The notes below the pieces were generated by a model. That model was given only the letters and a program-made list of their open reading frames with translations. It ran no database searches and was not told where the DNA came from. From positions 12,524,001-12,588,000 of the forward strand of contig OZ038379.1 of NCBI GenBank assembly GCA_964036045.1: a stretch of DNA of 64,000 bases, read 5' to 3'. Positions 22,881 through 36,800 of this stretch are shown here, piece by piece. The DNA is from Eutreptiella sp. 'Long Island Sound 2002' (lineage: Eukaryota > Protista > Euglenida). Each line of letters starts with the position of its first letter. Positions within the stretch are counted from its first letter, which is position 1. A program made the translations under genes and the position numbers.

Positions 22881-25800
22881 GACTTCTGTTTGGTGCAGAG
22901 CACGGGAGAGCTTCCACGGAAATCACATAAGTATGACGGCGCAGAGGTTCTGACTTTTTGACCGCAGAGATCAGGCAGACCAATAAGGTACACACTCAGG
23001 TGTACACTTCGGCGAGCCAATCTCAGCACGCAGTCATACATGGGTCTCCCTCGTTAATAGCACAGAGCACACACACACACACACACACACATGTAACATC
23101 GCGAATTTTGTCAGACTGTGTGAACCTTGTCTCTCTCTCTCTCTCTAACATTGAACTCACAAAAGTCTCATGGCCCCAGGCGGCTGGGCGTGGGGGGAGA
23201 ACACGTAGCCTTACAGCCGCGAGGTGCTGTCTCTGCACGGAGGGGTTGGCCAGGGGCGAGGAGGACAGAGGGTTTGGTTTGGGTGAGGTGAACTCCCCCC
23301 CCCCCCACCCCCGGACGCCCAGACCCATGGTCATCGCCCTGTGCGACTCGACTGGGTTGGGCGCTCCCGGCTGTCGCGGTCTCAAGGCGTGCTGGACTGC
23401 TGACAGCCCTCGAACCCCGCGGTGGCACACGCGGGAGGGAGATACCGCCGTGCCTGTGTGTGTGGCGTGTACGCTGCTGGGGTGCCTTTGGGTCTGGGGG
23501 CGGGGGGAGGCACGTGCGCATGGGGCGGGGGGAGGCACGTGCGCATGGGGCGGTCTGTCGCCTGGTGCTCCAGGTGCAGGCAGGGAGGCAGTGGGCGCCT
23601 GACGCTAAGCCCGCCGGTGGAGTCATCGGCCTGGACACGCCTCCTCCAGGTCAACTGACATGCCGCTGGCCACCCCACAACTGCCTGGGGCACGGGGGCG
23701 GCTAAGCCTCACACTCGACTGGGGGCTGCCCGCACTCCTTGACTGCGTTGGCACAGGCGGTGCTGCTCAGGGCTGAGTGGCGTCCCACGGTGGATTGGCT
23801 GCGCGGTTGGAGGGGCCCCGGGGCACGCTTAGCGCTGCCCTGCCCCAGGGCCCGCCCGGGTTGTTCACCCGAGTGGCGGTGCTACTGTCCACGGAGGTGG
23901 GAGGGGGGCAGAGGGCACACCGCCCGAATGACCGCTCCCTTTAGGAGGAGGGGCGGGAGGGGGGGCCTTCAGTCCTCGGGGTGGGGTCAGCCACTCCTGG
24001 GCCTGGCAAGTCTTCTGATGAGTTCATTGCATGTAATGTGTATCAGGTATCGTTACTGCTCCCCAGCCCTCCCCTCACCACCTTTGCCATCACATGGAGG
24101 CCTCACGGGAGTTGTTTGTCAAAGCATGGGCTGTTGCAGTTGTGTGTGTTTTACTGCATATTTCCCTTGCAGACACCCCCCTTGTGCAGACTCTGGGGCG
24201 TATTCCCGTCGTTTCCCCTTAATCTTGTCCGTAGGGCAAGAGGTACTGTGCGGTGCCACGTCTTGTGCCCGTTTCCCGCCCTAATCATGGAGCCGGTCCC
24301 AATCTGTCATCCAATTCCAAGGCTTCTTTGAACACCTCCACACTCTTTGGGTGTCGAGCATTGCTGTGCTTGTCTGGGCCAGTCTGGGCCAAACCAGAGG
24401 GTCCATCTCCCTCCCACCTCCAGCTCTGTGCTCAGACTTTAGGGTCCACAGACCCTCAGCCCGAGTGCAGAGGCATTGGCCACCGCCGTGGGGGGCCACC
24501 AGGCCCGGGCCCTTGACGCCGACCCCCCCCCCCCCAAAGTGGCACAGAAGTGCCGGCCGTCGGCGCGGGAAAGAACATTTTTTTGCTACGGGAGGGGGTC
24601 AAAATGGTTCCCCCCCCCCCATATCTCTCTGGGACGTTACGTTTCATGCCAACACGGAGCGTTTTCGGGGGTCGGTGCCTTTGTTGCCTCATTTGTGCCC
24701 GCTGAGTGTCCCGGAGGTAGGGGTATGTGGGGTATATTCGGAAAGCCCTTGAAAAGGGCTATTTGGAACACCCTGGGTCTGCATGCTGTACTGACGAGAT
24801 GTTAGAGATTTTCGTCCGTTTCGGTTCATGCACGAGCTGCTTGCTGCCTCCTTTTGTCAATAGGCAGCTACCATGTCTGCATACAAATTCACACAACGTG
24901 CTGTTGCCTCCCCCAATGCACCACAGAAACCTTTGGTGCGCAAAAGTCGTGCAAACACCGAAAAGTTTGGCCTCGATGCTCAAAAATATCGTCAGCTACC
25001 CCCCCCTAACCCATGCATTTCTGAAATGGCCTTTTCTCACAGATTTCAAAAAGTATACACATACCCCCCCTACGGACTGAAATTTTGGTGCTCTGGACGA
25101 AAAATGGAGAAAACCCTGAAAATACACGAATTTGCTCCGCGTTGGCATATTCTGAATGTCCCCGAGAGATATGTCTAGGGGGAGTATCAGACGCGGTGCG
25201 CGCGCGGTGCATGCGCGGTGCGGGTACTGGGGTTGTTCCGTAGACCCTTTCATCTAGAGCCAATCAGGGGGAATGGTAACGCCTCAGAGCCCAGCAGGTA
25301 CCATCTACAACTCCTCTCCCCGTAGACCATCTCCTGGAGAAGTTGTTCAAATACCTGACGCGGTGCGCGCACGGTGCGCGCGCGGTGCATGCGCGGTGCG
25401 CGCGCGGTGCGGATACTCCCCCCTAGACTCAAAATACTGACAATTTTATAGAGAATTCAATCATGGACGAAAATCTTGGGGAAAAAATTGACCCTCCCCC
25501 TCCCCAACCTCTATCCAGGGTTCGGGCTGAGCAGGGTGGGTTCGAGCAGAGCGAGGTGAAAGGGACGCCACGGAGACACGGAACAGTCAAGAAATAAAAA
25601 AGCAGGGCGCCGTAGCGCCCCTGAGCCACAGGCACAACATGTTGTCACGTGTTGCACAGCCAAAGCACGACTGGGGCGGCGAGAGTGCGGCCCATGTGAG
25701 GAAGACGAAAGCAAGTAGGCATGAATGTGTGGGCGGCATGCGCATGCAGCGTGGGGAGCAGACGTGGTATGCGCCACACGCATAACAGCAATGATTTGTT

Positions 25801-27779
25801 GAGTTGCCTGACAGACGGAGCGCATGCTGAAATACTGAGACGCCTTTGCACCAACCAAGGCGCCATTGCGCCCCTAAGGATGGAGTATGACACGACCTCA
25901 CGACCTGCGGGGCCAGGGTTAGAGACTAACCGGCACTGTGGGTGGGTGGTGGGTGCGAGCTGACCTCGATGTCCAGAGGAACAGTGCCAATGCACAGCCA
26001 GCAGCCACCTGGTGTGGTACAGAACTGGTCTACGCTGCAGTGCAGCAAGCAATACACTGAACAATGTGGTTATGACCATGCGCCTGTGACACGGGGGCGT
26101 ATGCGAGCCCAGTTTCCGTTGCCTCATGGCCAACCTCTATCCCCATCCCAGCGACTGGGGCCTCCATGTCAGCGGTGAAAAATTTTTTTGAACAATTTCT
26201 TACCCCAACGTACATACCTCAAAATGATAAGCACAACGAGGCGGTCATTTTAAGCCATATATGTTGTGGTCCGGGAGCCCCCCCCCCCCCCCCGGAAATG
26301 CACTACACACACGCCACAGAACACGGGTTCGAACCCAGGTCCCGGTTGGCCTGCCGTGGAGCCGTCGCTTTTGTTTTTCTGGGAAGCTTGCCTAACAATG
26401 GGAGGGTGTAGGCTCTTACCTAAACGGGCCAAGAAACATTCGATAGCCGCTGAGGGTGCCTCGCGCGCGGTGCGGGTGCGCGGTGCGATTTTAGCCCGGT
26501 TGGCGTAGAATGGCGGTACCATGGAATGTTGCCCCAAAGCGGTCATAGGGGCCTGAGCATTGCATTTAGGTGCCCAATTGTTGTGTTTGTGTGGGGTCTA
26601 GCATGTTGGGGTCCCAGGTTGGGTAGCAGGCACCTTGTAGACTCGAAATTTTCGGTTTCGCCTCCTTTGCTTTCAACAGGACACATGGCAATGAATGCTG
26701 ACCTGTTGCCGCCCGGTCATGGTGCATGCGGTGGTACATATTCAGCAGTTTGCGCTATCAGCCGTTTGGCCCTTGGAATCATTTCCCGGATGAAATTTTT
26801 GACCAGTCTGCGGTGGAACCTAACACAGATTCGTCAGAGAGTTCCTCAAGCTCTAGTGATGACTCAGGTGATGAGAATGGCACCTCATGCTCTGACGATC
26901 CTTGCGAGGACGACACATAGGTGTCCATATATATCGCCGTTCAGTGTATGAACACGAACGAATTCTGCGCATGACGGAAGACATTTGGTTGACAACACTC
27001 ATTCTGTCGTTACCGTCTTCTGTGTAGATCCTTGTCACCGTTTTCTGTGGTGTTTGTGTGGCGTTGTTACCTGAAAAAGTGGTGCAATAATCCGACTCTT
27101 GATAGCGGGCTAAAGCGCGCGGTGCGGGCGCGCGGTGCCTTGAGGCACCCTCGCTGACTTCAGTGAGCTCAAGGCAACATTCGGCCCTCGTTTGAGGTGT
27201 GCTCAAACAACGAATTGAGATTTGTGGCGATGACCATATGCCCGTGACGCGGGGGTATATGCAAGCTCTGTATCCGTTGCTTTATGGCCCTCCGGACGGC
27301 CCCCTGACCCGCCCTGACCCAGCCCCCCCCCCCCCCCCCCCGCCGCCGCCCCTCCCTGAAAATGACAGGAAAGTGGGACGGCGGCGTATGGACCAACCCC
27401 GACGAGCCCCCCGTGTCGGTGATCCGGAACTTCCTGGCCCTCCTGCATCAGTGGTGGGAAGCACCCAATAAATTTCACGGGCTGGGGATGCCTAACTGCA
27501 TACCCACTACGGGGGCAGACAGCTGCAAGCACGAGCAGTGGGACAGCCACAAAGCTGCCGCCTCTCCTCTCCCCTTCCGCCCATACGCCCCAAACCCGTA
27601 GAGCCCGAACGAGCCTGACCTTGGATCACATCCAGGGAAAGGAACCAAGGTGTGGCAGAGTGCGCCGTAGTTGACTGCCAACTGCCGCTGATTACTGGCG
27701 AAAACTTCTCAGTTCCGCCCCCCCCCCCCCTCCCCTGATGCGCAACGACTGATTCAACGACTGATTGACAGTGAACCAG

Positions 27780-28931
27780 ACAGCTCACTTCAAACCCCTG
27801 TTGGCATCCTTGCCTGGACTGCTATTTATGCCTCATGGTTGGTCCGTTGCACTGTAAAATACCATCCGGAGGCACGTCATACCTTCCAATTCTTTTTAAA
27901 ACGCTGGTTGGTGGTGCTGCGCTCACTTGCACAAGCACGGTGCTATACACACATTTCTGTGGATCAAATCAAACTTTTCATTGCGGGCATTGAATCTTTG
28001 CAACATGGAGCCCTCGCACACCCATCCCTCATCATCACCCCCCCCCCCTCCCCCGCCCCCACCGGCGGCGGCCAAGGCTCAACGCCGACTGGAACGCAAA
28101 CAAGAGCGAGCTTCAGAGCTGGAGCAGTTGCTTCCCACACTTTCCAACGAAGGCTACACGCTAGTCTTCACCGATGGCTCGTCCGAGTTAGTCCCTGGCA
28201 TTGGTAGAGTGGCAGGCTATGGGATTTTCTCCTCTGATTTATTGTCCATCTCCGCTTACGTTCCAGTGCACTTACGCCAAACCAACAACACAGCAGAGCT
28301 CTTTGCAGTGCTCCGCGCTATTCAATTATTGCCGCCTGGGCGGTATGCCTTTTGTTCTGATTCTTCCTACGTAATTCTAGGTGCGAGCGGTGCGGCCAGG
28401 CGCTGGAAACTGCGCGGATGGACAGGCTCCTCCGGCCCAGTGTCCAATGTTGAAATTTGGGAGCAACTCCTCAGCGAACTAAGCCAGCCAGACAAAACCA
28501 TTAAATGGGTCAAAGTCCCGTCCCACGTCACAGTGGAGGGCAACAACGAAGCAGACCGGCTGGCGGACCAAGGCCGCCTCTCCAGCCCACTACACCCCAT
28601 ACTGCACACACCAAGCACCTTTTCTGATTTTTCACCACCACGGTTTACCCCTCTCAAGAAGGCACATTTTGCAGCTACGTCAACACATGATCTGTCTGAG
28701 GTCTCACGAAAAATTGTCTTTCAATCTCCAGCAGCAGTACGTTTTTCCTCCGTCACTGCAAGTGACATCCTCAGATCACTAGACCTGGAGCCTTTATCTG
28801 ACTCTGACGAGTCGGGTACCATATCAGATTATAGCGACTCTGACACCGTCACCGCCGACGACGACAGTGACAATGACAGTGCCTACAGCACTGATGTTAG
28901 CGACACGAGAAAACGACGCCTCAGCCAGTAG
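27780..28931 (+). mobile_element. 3' portion of a non-LTR retroelement (L1/Tx1-like) ending in RNase H
   Basis: The upstream frame reads ...GILAWTAIYASWLVRCTVKY..., like the W-x-x-W-x-x-R-N motif near the C-terminus of L1-type ORF2. It shifts frame near the poly-C at ~28040 into the RNase H frame. No RT recognised upstream. Confidence 0.55.
28005..28931 (+). CDS. Ribonuclease HI domain ORF (retroelement-type) with acidic Ser/Asp tail
   Basis: All four catalytic motifs are present: VFTDGS, QTNNTAEL, CSDSSY and WVKVPSH...GNNEADRLAD. First ATG at 28005, TAG ending 28931. Probably the frameshifted tail of a polyprotein. Confidence 0.8.
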   Translation: MEPSHTHPSSSPPPPPPPPPAAAKAQRRLERKQERASELEQLLPTLSNEGYTLVFTDGSSELVPGIGRVAGYGIFSSDLLSISAYVPVHLRQTNNTAELFAVLRAIQLLPPGRYAFCSDSSYVILGASGAARRWKLRGWTGSSGPVSNVEIWEQLLSELSQPDKTIKWVKVPSHVTVEGNNEADRLADQGRLSSPLHPILHTPSTFSDFSPPRFTPLKKAHFAATSTHDLSEVSRKIVFQSPAAVRFSSVTASDILRSLDLEPLSDSDESGTISDYSDSDTVTADDDSDNDSAYSTDVSDTRKRRLSQ

Positions 28932-31900
28932 ACTGCTTTCTAAGTTTTGAATGTTTCTTCCCACAAAGACAGTATGGGAGGCAGTGTGGTATAGTGGATA
29001 GCATCGTCAGCGATGCTGGAGCCCAGGGTGCTTCCACTGAAGCACGCGGCACTTCACCCGACATATGGTCCCACAAACACACAGCTATGCAGCCTTGTCA
29101 GCTCGCACGTAATACAGCGATTGTCTACCTCCCCTTTTCCCCTCCAGCAGGAGAACAGAAAGCCGTATGGTTAGGCCGAAGGAGTGCATCAGGCTATACG
29201 GCCCTGTGATTCACTGCGACACATCAACACAGACGCAGCTTGAGGGCGTGGCTGTTTTTCATGCACCATCTAGCTCAGCAACACACAGGTATTGATCTTT
29301 AGTGGTTCGCCGTCCACAGGTTATATAACAAATGCAGCTGCCACTGGCACCGCTGATTGAAACCTTGTACCTACTTGTTGTACATTGAATAGTGGAGCAC
29401 CCCAACCAAGAAGGGGACACATGCATCTGTGAGAGAACCTCTGGACTAATGGCTGAAAGTGTCTATGGCGGGGACATTCAGTCGATCAGCACCGACCATT
29501 GATCCCCTGATGCGCAAGCACTGCCTTGTCCAAGCACAGGAGCCCATCTGACCACTGTTATCCTGGTTTTTCCTGACCACAATTTTTGTGGTCAGAAATA
29601 TAACGTGACTCGGTGGTGGTGCGATGGTAGAGGGACAGGGGGGCTGGATCATGCGTTTGGTAGTTCCTCCTGCTCATACCAATATTCTGCTTGCAACTGC
29701 AACCCAATGCTGTCTGTTTTGATGCGATTTTCAGCCATGCTTAATGGCTCTTGCTGGCATGGCTGTTACGTACATCCAGTCCACCAGTGAATATGTGCCC
29801 GCCACAATTATTTGTCCTTCTACTCGTGAGGATGGTTTCGTTCATTGAAGTGCATGTGGAATGGGCATGTGCTTGAGCATCATGCTCCTTTGGACCCTGG
29901 CAAAATTTACACTTGATGCTAAGGGTGTAAAACGGGCCCCCGTCACAGTGAGGAGGAGGTTCTTTTGGTACCGCATGCTGCGCGCAAGCAAGGGTAGGAG
30001 CATGGACCCTGATACCCGAAGAATGAAAGAGATGAAGCCACTTGAGTGCTGTGCATGCTATGTGTTGAAGGGACACAACCTAAACTATAGGGCCTCTATT
30101 GCCCACCGTCACCGATTCTCTACTTGCACGTGGCCGGGAGGTGCTAAACAAGCGGTACCACGCTGATGAGCTTGTAGAAACCACATGTCTTGGGCCTTCC
30201 ATGCAAGTAGATGACTTTGTACCCCCCCCCCTCCTTTGTAATAGCCACGCCCTTGTCCAAGCAATAGTAGGCGTAGGTACCTTATTAATTTGGTACCTAA
30301 TTTCAAATCGGTACCAAATGTAGTGCAGCCACACAAGACATGGGTTTGGTGACAAATTTGCCAGCTACATAGGGTCATGGACACATTTGTTGTGAGTGTT
30401 TGCCCACTTGAACCCACATCGCTCTGATTTTCAGGATATTTCTGCACTATATCCCCCTTTCTTGCACCAGCAATCTTCTCTTTTTCAACCCTCCTTGATA
30501 CTCCGGGCCGACATAGGGGCGGTGCAGAGGTGTGGGGTGGAGAGGGGGGGTCCCTTCCCCTGTAACCTTACTTTGGATGAGGCACACAAGTATTAGACTT
30601 TGACTTTTTGATTGCACCCCTCACGGTACAACCCAATACTCCCTCGCTCCCCCCTGAGGCGAAGTCCTAGTCCAGGTTGCTTGGCCGAGGAGTGCCAACA
30701 CACGCAAGGTGACTTGGATGCAGGATGGCAGCAACAGGGCGCCCTCACCTGTCCTGTTGCATAGAAACACTGCAGTGTTGACAAAATAAAGGCCATCAGG
30801 TGCAGACAATTGTATGGTAGCACACGTGTATCATACTTGTGTGGGCGTCCAGTTATTTTCACACATTCCACCGGTGAGCATGTGGATGCCACAATGAAGG
30901 GACCATCGGAGAAGGGGGAGCTGTTCCTAGTGTTGGGCGACATGAAGGGTGGGCAGGTGGTCACACACCCCTGTGCCCGAGCTCAAACCAGCTCCTAAAC
31001 CACGGGCAAAGGCATCTTCAAAGGCATCTTCAAGTGGTCAGCATGTGCAGTTGTTCCGCATGGTGTATGATCGCAAGAAGGGTTTCCCCCCCAAACATTT
31101 GCCCGCGTCTCATGCCTCATTGCTTGTTGGAACATGGGTGTGAACCCGAAGTTTCATGTTTCAAACACTTTCTTGTGTTTACCACCCTCCCCCTTTGTAA
31201 GAGCTACGCCCTTGTCCAAGCTATAGTAGGCGTAGGGACCGTATTAATTTGGTACCTAATTTTAATTCGGTACAAATGTAGTGCAGCCGCATAACACATG
31301 GGTTTGGTGACTGATTCTGATTCGGGGACGGACACCGATGAAGATAAACCCATTTCTGACCTCTCTTCCTCAAGTGATGATTCTAGTGACTCGGATGATA
31401 ATCCCAATGAAGTTATTTGGGCTAAGGCTGCCTGAGGTGTGTGGGGAATGGCCCATGTCTTTGATGGGAAGTTGTACTTTACAAGAGACCACATGCAGGG
31501 CAATTTGATTCCCAAGAATTTGAAGTTGCCCGAGCCAAAGCCAGCCACTAAACCTCGGGCAAAGGCATCTTCAAAGGCATCTTCAAGTGGTGAGCATGTG
31601 CAGTTGTTCCGCGTGGTATATGATCACAAGAAGGGTTTCCAATCCGAACATTTGTAGGCTTCTCATGCCTCATTGCTTGTAGGAACATGGGTATGAACCT
31701 GAAAATTCATGTTTCAAACACTTTCTTGTGTTTCAATGCCTTTGGGAACGTGGGTGGATGCTAAGGTGCACTCATACCATGCACTTACTCACGTGTGTGT
31801 TGGTACTTGTATGTGTTGCGCGCAAGCCACGCCCTTGTCTAAGCTACAGTAGGCGTAGGGACTGTATTAATTTGGTACTTTTGCCTGGCCATTACAAGGG

Positions 31901-33862
31901 GGGGGGGGGTACACTTGACGTATTCAAGGAATAGGCAGGATGATGAGAACCCAGCAGCACCTCCCAATGGTACACTGGTACGCTAATGGTTTGGGTTGGG
32001 CATCTTGTGCTTAGGGAGGTGTTATGGGAGTTTCATAAGGTCGCCGCACTTGGTTGTTTGGTCGGTAGATTTGCACTGGTTGGGTTGTTTGCACTGTGTT
32101 GCTGAATCACATTGCTTCTGGTGTGATGTGACCGCCGTCCATCTGTTTGGCACCATATTTTTTGTTCTGTGTCATACAACCCTCCTTGTGGGATCCCTGT
32201 GTCCAGCACCTGACTGCAACGTGGAACAATCTTTGTATTTGTGCCTGGTGGAGAGGTGCTCTACATGTGTACAAATGGGGAGCAGCTACGATCATCAACG
32301 GCCAGTTCTCTGATGAGGACCTATGTGCGGTCCCGCTGGTTCCATTCAGCGTGCTCACCGCCATGGCAGGAACATCACAGCACCAGATCCGTTGGTGCCA
32401 TGATGTTCGGTGCCTTCCTTCAGTGCCATTATGTTCGGTGCCATTTTGTACTTCAGTACATCCCAAAAACATATGATGTTATCAGAATCCTCGAAACCTT
32501 TGCTGCTTGTTTCTCTTTTTTGTTTTCATCTCGCTGCGGCGTGGCAGCTGTTGCTGCACTACCAGGCATATAAGATACCAGAAGTGTCTCTAACCTGTTG
32601 GCCACAATTTGCTGTGGCAATGGGCTTTCCATCTGCACAGAGAGTTCCAGGCAGTGCTGCTGAGGCTACACAGAGAGTTCTTGGCAATGCTGCTGAGGTA
32701 GAGTTCGTTCCGGCAAAACATTCCAGTGTGTTCCGGCTATTCTAGTTGCCCGGGGGGGGGGGGGGGGGGCATGCTTGATAGGGTAGGGCAGTTGTGGGCA
32801 ACTACTTTGTTTCTATGCTCCCGGGTCTCCAGGAGCCGTGGCAGTCTTACACCTCTGCACTCTGTGTACATGTGTACCGTAGCAACAGGGTTGCCCCCCA
32901 GCGGCGTCTCTTTTCGGGGACATGCCTGACACGCATGAAGCTTTTGGGCTTACAACTCTTGCTGTACAGAATATCTGGGCCAAGATGCCCATGCACACCA
33001 TTGGCCTGACGGCCAGAACTGTCTCCGGTGTCAGACAAAAAAAAGATCCCGCATGTCGTATATTTGTATAACTGTGTGTGTGTGTGTGTTTTCTTTGATC
33101 TGTTCTTGTCTCGCGGTTCTTGACGTGTGTGTTTGGTGTCCATGCCCATGGGGGTAGGAACAATTTTACTGCAGGCTGTTCAGGGGAAACAGAAGAAGAT
33201 GGGTTCCTCTTGCACCAACTGCACATGCAATCTTGCTCGTGTCAAGAAGAACTCCACACAAAGGCAAGAAAGCAAAAATGTGCACGTGGAACATGAATCA
33301 CCACGTTCAGTTGACGCAAAGAAGAATGAGAGCAGGCACATGCATTACTTGTAACCAAGCTAGTGCAGCCGCAGCATGCCGCAGCATGCCGCAGCACCTT
33401 TTTTTTGGAGCTGCACATGGGGGCTTTGAAGCATGCCGCAGCATGCCGCATGCCGCAGCATGCCGCAGCATGCCGCAGCACAAGAAATTTTTCCGTGGGA
33501 CCGCACTAGCTTGCTTGTAACATCAACCCTCAGCAGCTTGTGCAATTTGGGGTTTTGCGAGTGTGCTGTACTACCCAGATTTGTTGATCACCTTGCCTGG
33601 GCCTCCTCATGCAGCAGCCTTCTGTCCACACCAGTGTGTGGACAGTTACACAGAGAGATGGCGCTGAGCCTCAAAAACTAAGACAGGAACCTGCATGTGA
33701 TGCTTCTGCTCCTCCCAACAGATGTGTCACCACCGAACCTGTGTGCCATGGAACCTATCCCTGTTGCACATAGTATTTCAAGGACTAACAAACTGGTGCA
33801 TTGTGACTCTAAATTACGCAAATAACTTGCCACAGTGTTGTGCCACAGTGTGATGAATCAAA

Positions 33863-33893
<31 letters not shown>

Positions 33894-36800
33894 TTGTCTG
33901 ATCGCAGAGTACCGGGTCCTCTTGTATATACGAGTACCGGGTCCTCTTGTATATACTCTGTTTCCAGTTGATGATATTTTGGTTCCCTGATCTCAATTGC
34001 CCACCCATTGGGGGCGCCTTAAGCGCAGTGCGCATGCAGTGCGCGCGCAGTGCAACTATTTGGGCGTTTAGCCGTAGTAGAAACCCATAATTTGTGGTAC
34101 TTTGGGCATTGTTGTTTTTTGGAAGTAGGTTTTGATGCTTTGGGGATATGGCATTTTTGGATGTTCACCCTGTTTCACCCATTTCTACCTTTTTGCACAC
34201 ATTTTTTTCCCATTTCCACCACATCTACTCTTTTTCTTGGTTGATTGATATGGTGATACACTTTGAGGGTGCCTGCTACGGGACATCATACTTCCCTCCT
34301 CATTTCTCAGGCCCACGGATCTCCATGGATCTCAGCATTGGGGATAGGGTGTTCTACACCCGCTCCAATGGCCTGCAACCTCCTGCCACGGTGGTTGGGA
34401 CGGCCTAAGACGGACTCCTCCACTTGGAATACTACCAAGATGGGTTGGGAGTGGTGAATTGGCAATGCAAGATGGGGTCCATCTCCTTTGCCATCCCAAG
34501 TTCAGATTCGCCACCTCACTTGCCCTCCATCTCCGCCACCCAACACACAGTCAAGTTCCCCCCCAAAGGCCCCTGGTCTTTCACCACTGCCACAAGAACC
34601 GGGAAGGTCCCCCTCAAGGTCCCCTCCAGTCCAGTTTGGGTCGCCTAATTCGAAGGGTGTTTCCAAGGGGCGTGCCTAGGGGCTCTTCGGGGGGCACATA
34701 GTCTAAAAGTAGCGCGCAGTGCGCGCGCAGTGCAAGGATTCCCCCATTGCACTGGATTCCTTTGTCAGTCAGCCAGTCTGACTTTATGTGTATACCAGCA
34801 GCTTGGTCTCTATGCCAATGCAGTGGGCGTTGACCCCTGGGGCCCCCAGGATGTGCTAGACCCGTACTATCCTTGTAGCACTTCTGCGCATTGGGATGGG
34901 TCTGCACACTCTTTTCCAATGTGTGCATGTACTCCACCCACCTGGACATTGACTGATCGATGAGTCCCAGACTGCTTGTCGAGTCTGTTTTTCCTGGTCT
35001 GTGCCCCCTTTTGAAGGGGTGGCCGAATGCCATGCAGCATCCTCTATGGTATCACTTGAAGAAGATGGTGTACAACCTGTGAGGCATCGGCCTGCCTTGG
35101 ATGATAGATGTGATTCTGGTCATAACACCAACATATGTCGGACATACAGCCCAAGGCTCGCACCTTACCCCCCACCCCACCCCTTGCGCAAGCACCGGCT
35201 TGTCCAAGCACGCGAACCCCTCGGACCTTCGTTTTCCTGATTTTTCCTGACTGCAGTTTTTGTGGTCAGAAATGTAACGTGACGCGGTTGGGCTCCGATT
35301 GTAGAGGGAAAGGGGGGCTGGATCATGCTTGTGGTAGTCCCTCCTGCTCATACCAACATTCTGCTTGCAACTGCAACTGCCACTACTGTTCATTTTGACG
35401 TCTTCAGCACAGAGATTCGAGCTCGGTCACTCTCCCCCCACCATGACACCTAAGGCGTCAGTTCAGCATGGCCGAATGAGTGCCCTGACTCCCTCAAACT
35501 GAGCTGTCTCCAGCTGTGTCCTGGTGGTTGCATGCAGGCAGTGAGTATCTGGCAGTGGCTGCCGCTGTATCTTCATAGCCAACAGCAGTCTTCAGGCCTA
35601 TGACCATCAGCGAAATGTGCATACCAACATCAACACGCTGTACATAGCCGAAGCACACCAATACTGTTGCAGTGGAAATCATGATTGTGCCATTTTGACA
35701 TGAATTGCAGCCATGGTTACTGTTGCTATTGCTGGCATGGTTGTTACGTACATCCGGTCCACCGATGAACATGTGCCCGCCACAATTACTGGTCCTTCTA
35801 GTCGTGCAAGGTTGGAAAGCGCTTTTATTCCACAGCTGCTGATGCCCCTGATGGGCAGTGAGGATGTCCAGAACATGCTGAATTTTGCCTGAACAATGTG
35901 CTATGGAGCTCTGTTGCGACAATTGTGGTTAGGGTGAGGTATGTATGAGTGAGGTATGGGCAGGTGTTCACCACATGTGGTACCATGCATCGTATGCTAG
36001 CACGGGCTTGTCTGAGCATGGGACCCATCCCGGCAGTTTTTTCCACAAAACCTGTATGATGAAGTCCAGATCCCACTGTGGCAAATATAGGTGATTAAAT
36101 AGGACCCCGGCTGACAGTTGTTTTCCTGACTTTCAGCTTTGGGGGGCGCACCGTGCGCTGTGCCCGCACTGTGCGAAAAGTCGGCTGTTTTTCACCACTG
36201 GTAGCCACGGGTACCGGGGTCCTGCACCCTACAGCCCCTGCTGGTACACCAGGGATTTTTTGTTTTAGTCTGATGCTTGCCACGGGTCCCAGGGTCCTGA
36301 TGCTGTTTTGAATGGATGATGCACGCTTCTGTAGGTGGGTGGTTTTCAGGGGTGTTCACGGGATAAACAACGTAATAATTGGCGTCGTGCGCGCGCTGTG
36401 CCCGCGCTGTGTGAAAACGCCCCTTTGCGCAAAGGGCTAGTCTCCTGTGGGTCCTGTCCACCGGAATTGAATGATCGACGAGTTCCATTTTGAGACTACC
36501 CCCTTAGGTAAAAACCTTTGTGTCCACTGGTCTACAGAGTGTTGCTCCTCAGAATTTTCAACTTCCCGAATTCCTGACACGCATGACAGCTTGGGCTGCA
36601 CTAGATTGTGCATGGTACATGAATGATGTGAGCGGCGCTGTGCCTGCCTTCTGCAACACACCAGCACTCAGTGCTAGTAGGGGGCACCAGCAAAGGAAGA
36701 ACAAGGGAGCGCGTCAGAAAATACTACTGTCAAGGTGACCCCCCCCCCCCTTGGGGGGGGAGATTTCAAGGGGGGGGGGTACAAACACCAAGTGTTGGTT

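Noticed and set aside
29452-29466. SL-like CTGAAAGTGTCTAT inside the structured motif
   Set aside because: It lacks the T-tract and TTCG, is not before an ORF, and is explained by hairpin pairing with GACATTCAG.
32147-32745. Protein-like stretches (GALHVYKWGAATIING..., GSAAEATQRVLGNAAEV)
   Set aside because: No recognisable domain or consistent exon structure.
33360-33485. GCATGCCGCA repeats; also short tandem duplications at 6951-7018, 33905-33955, 37770-37860 and 62480-62770
   Set aside because: Ordinary short tandem repeats with no further structure.
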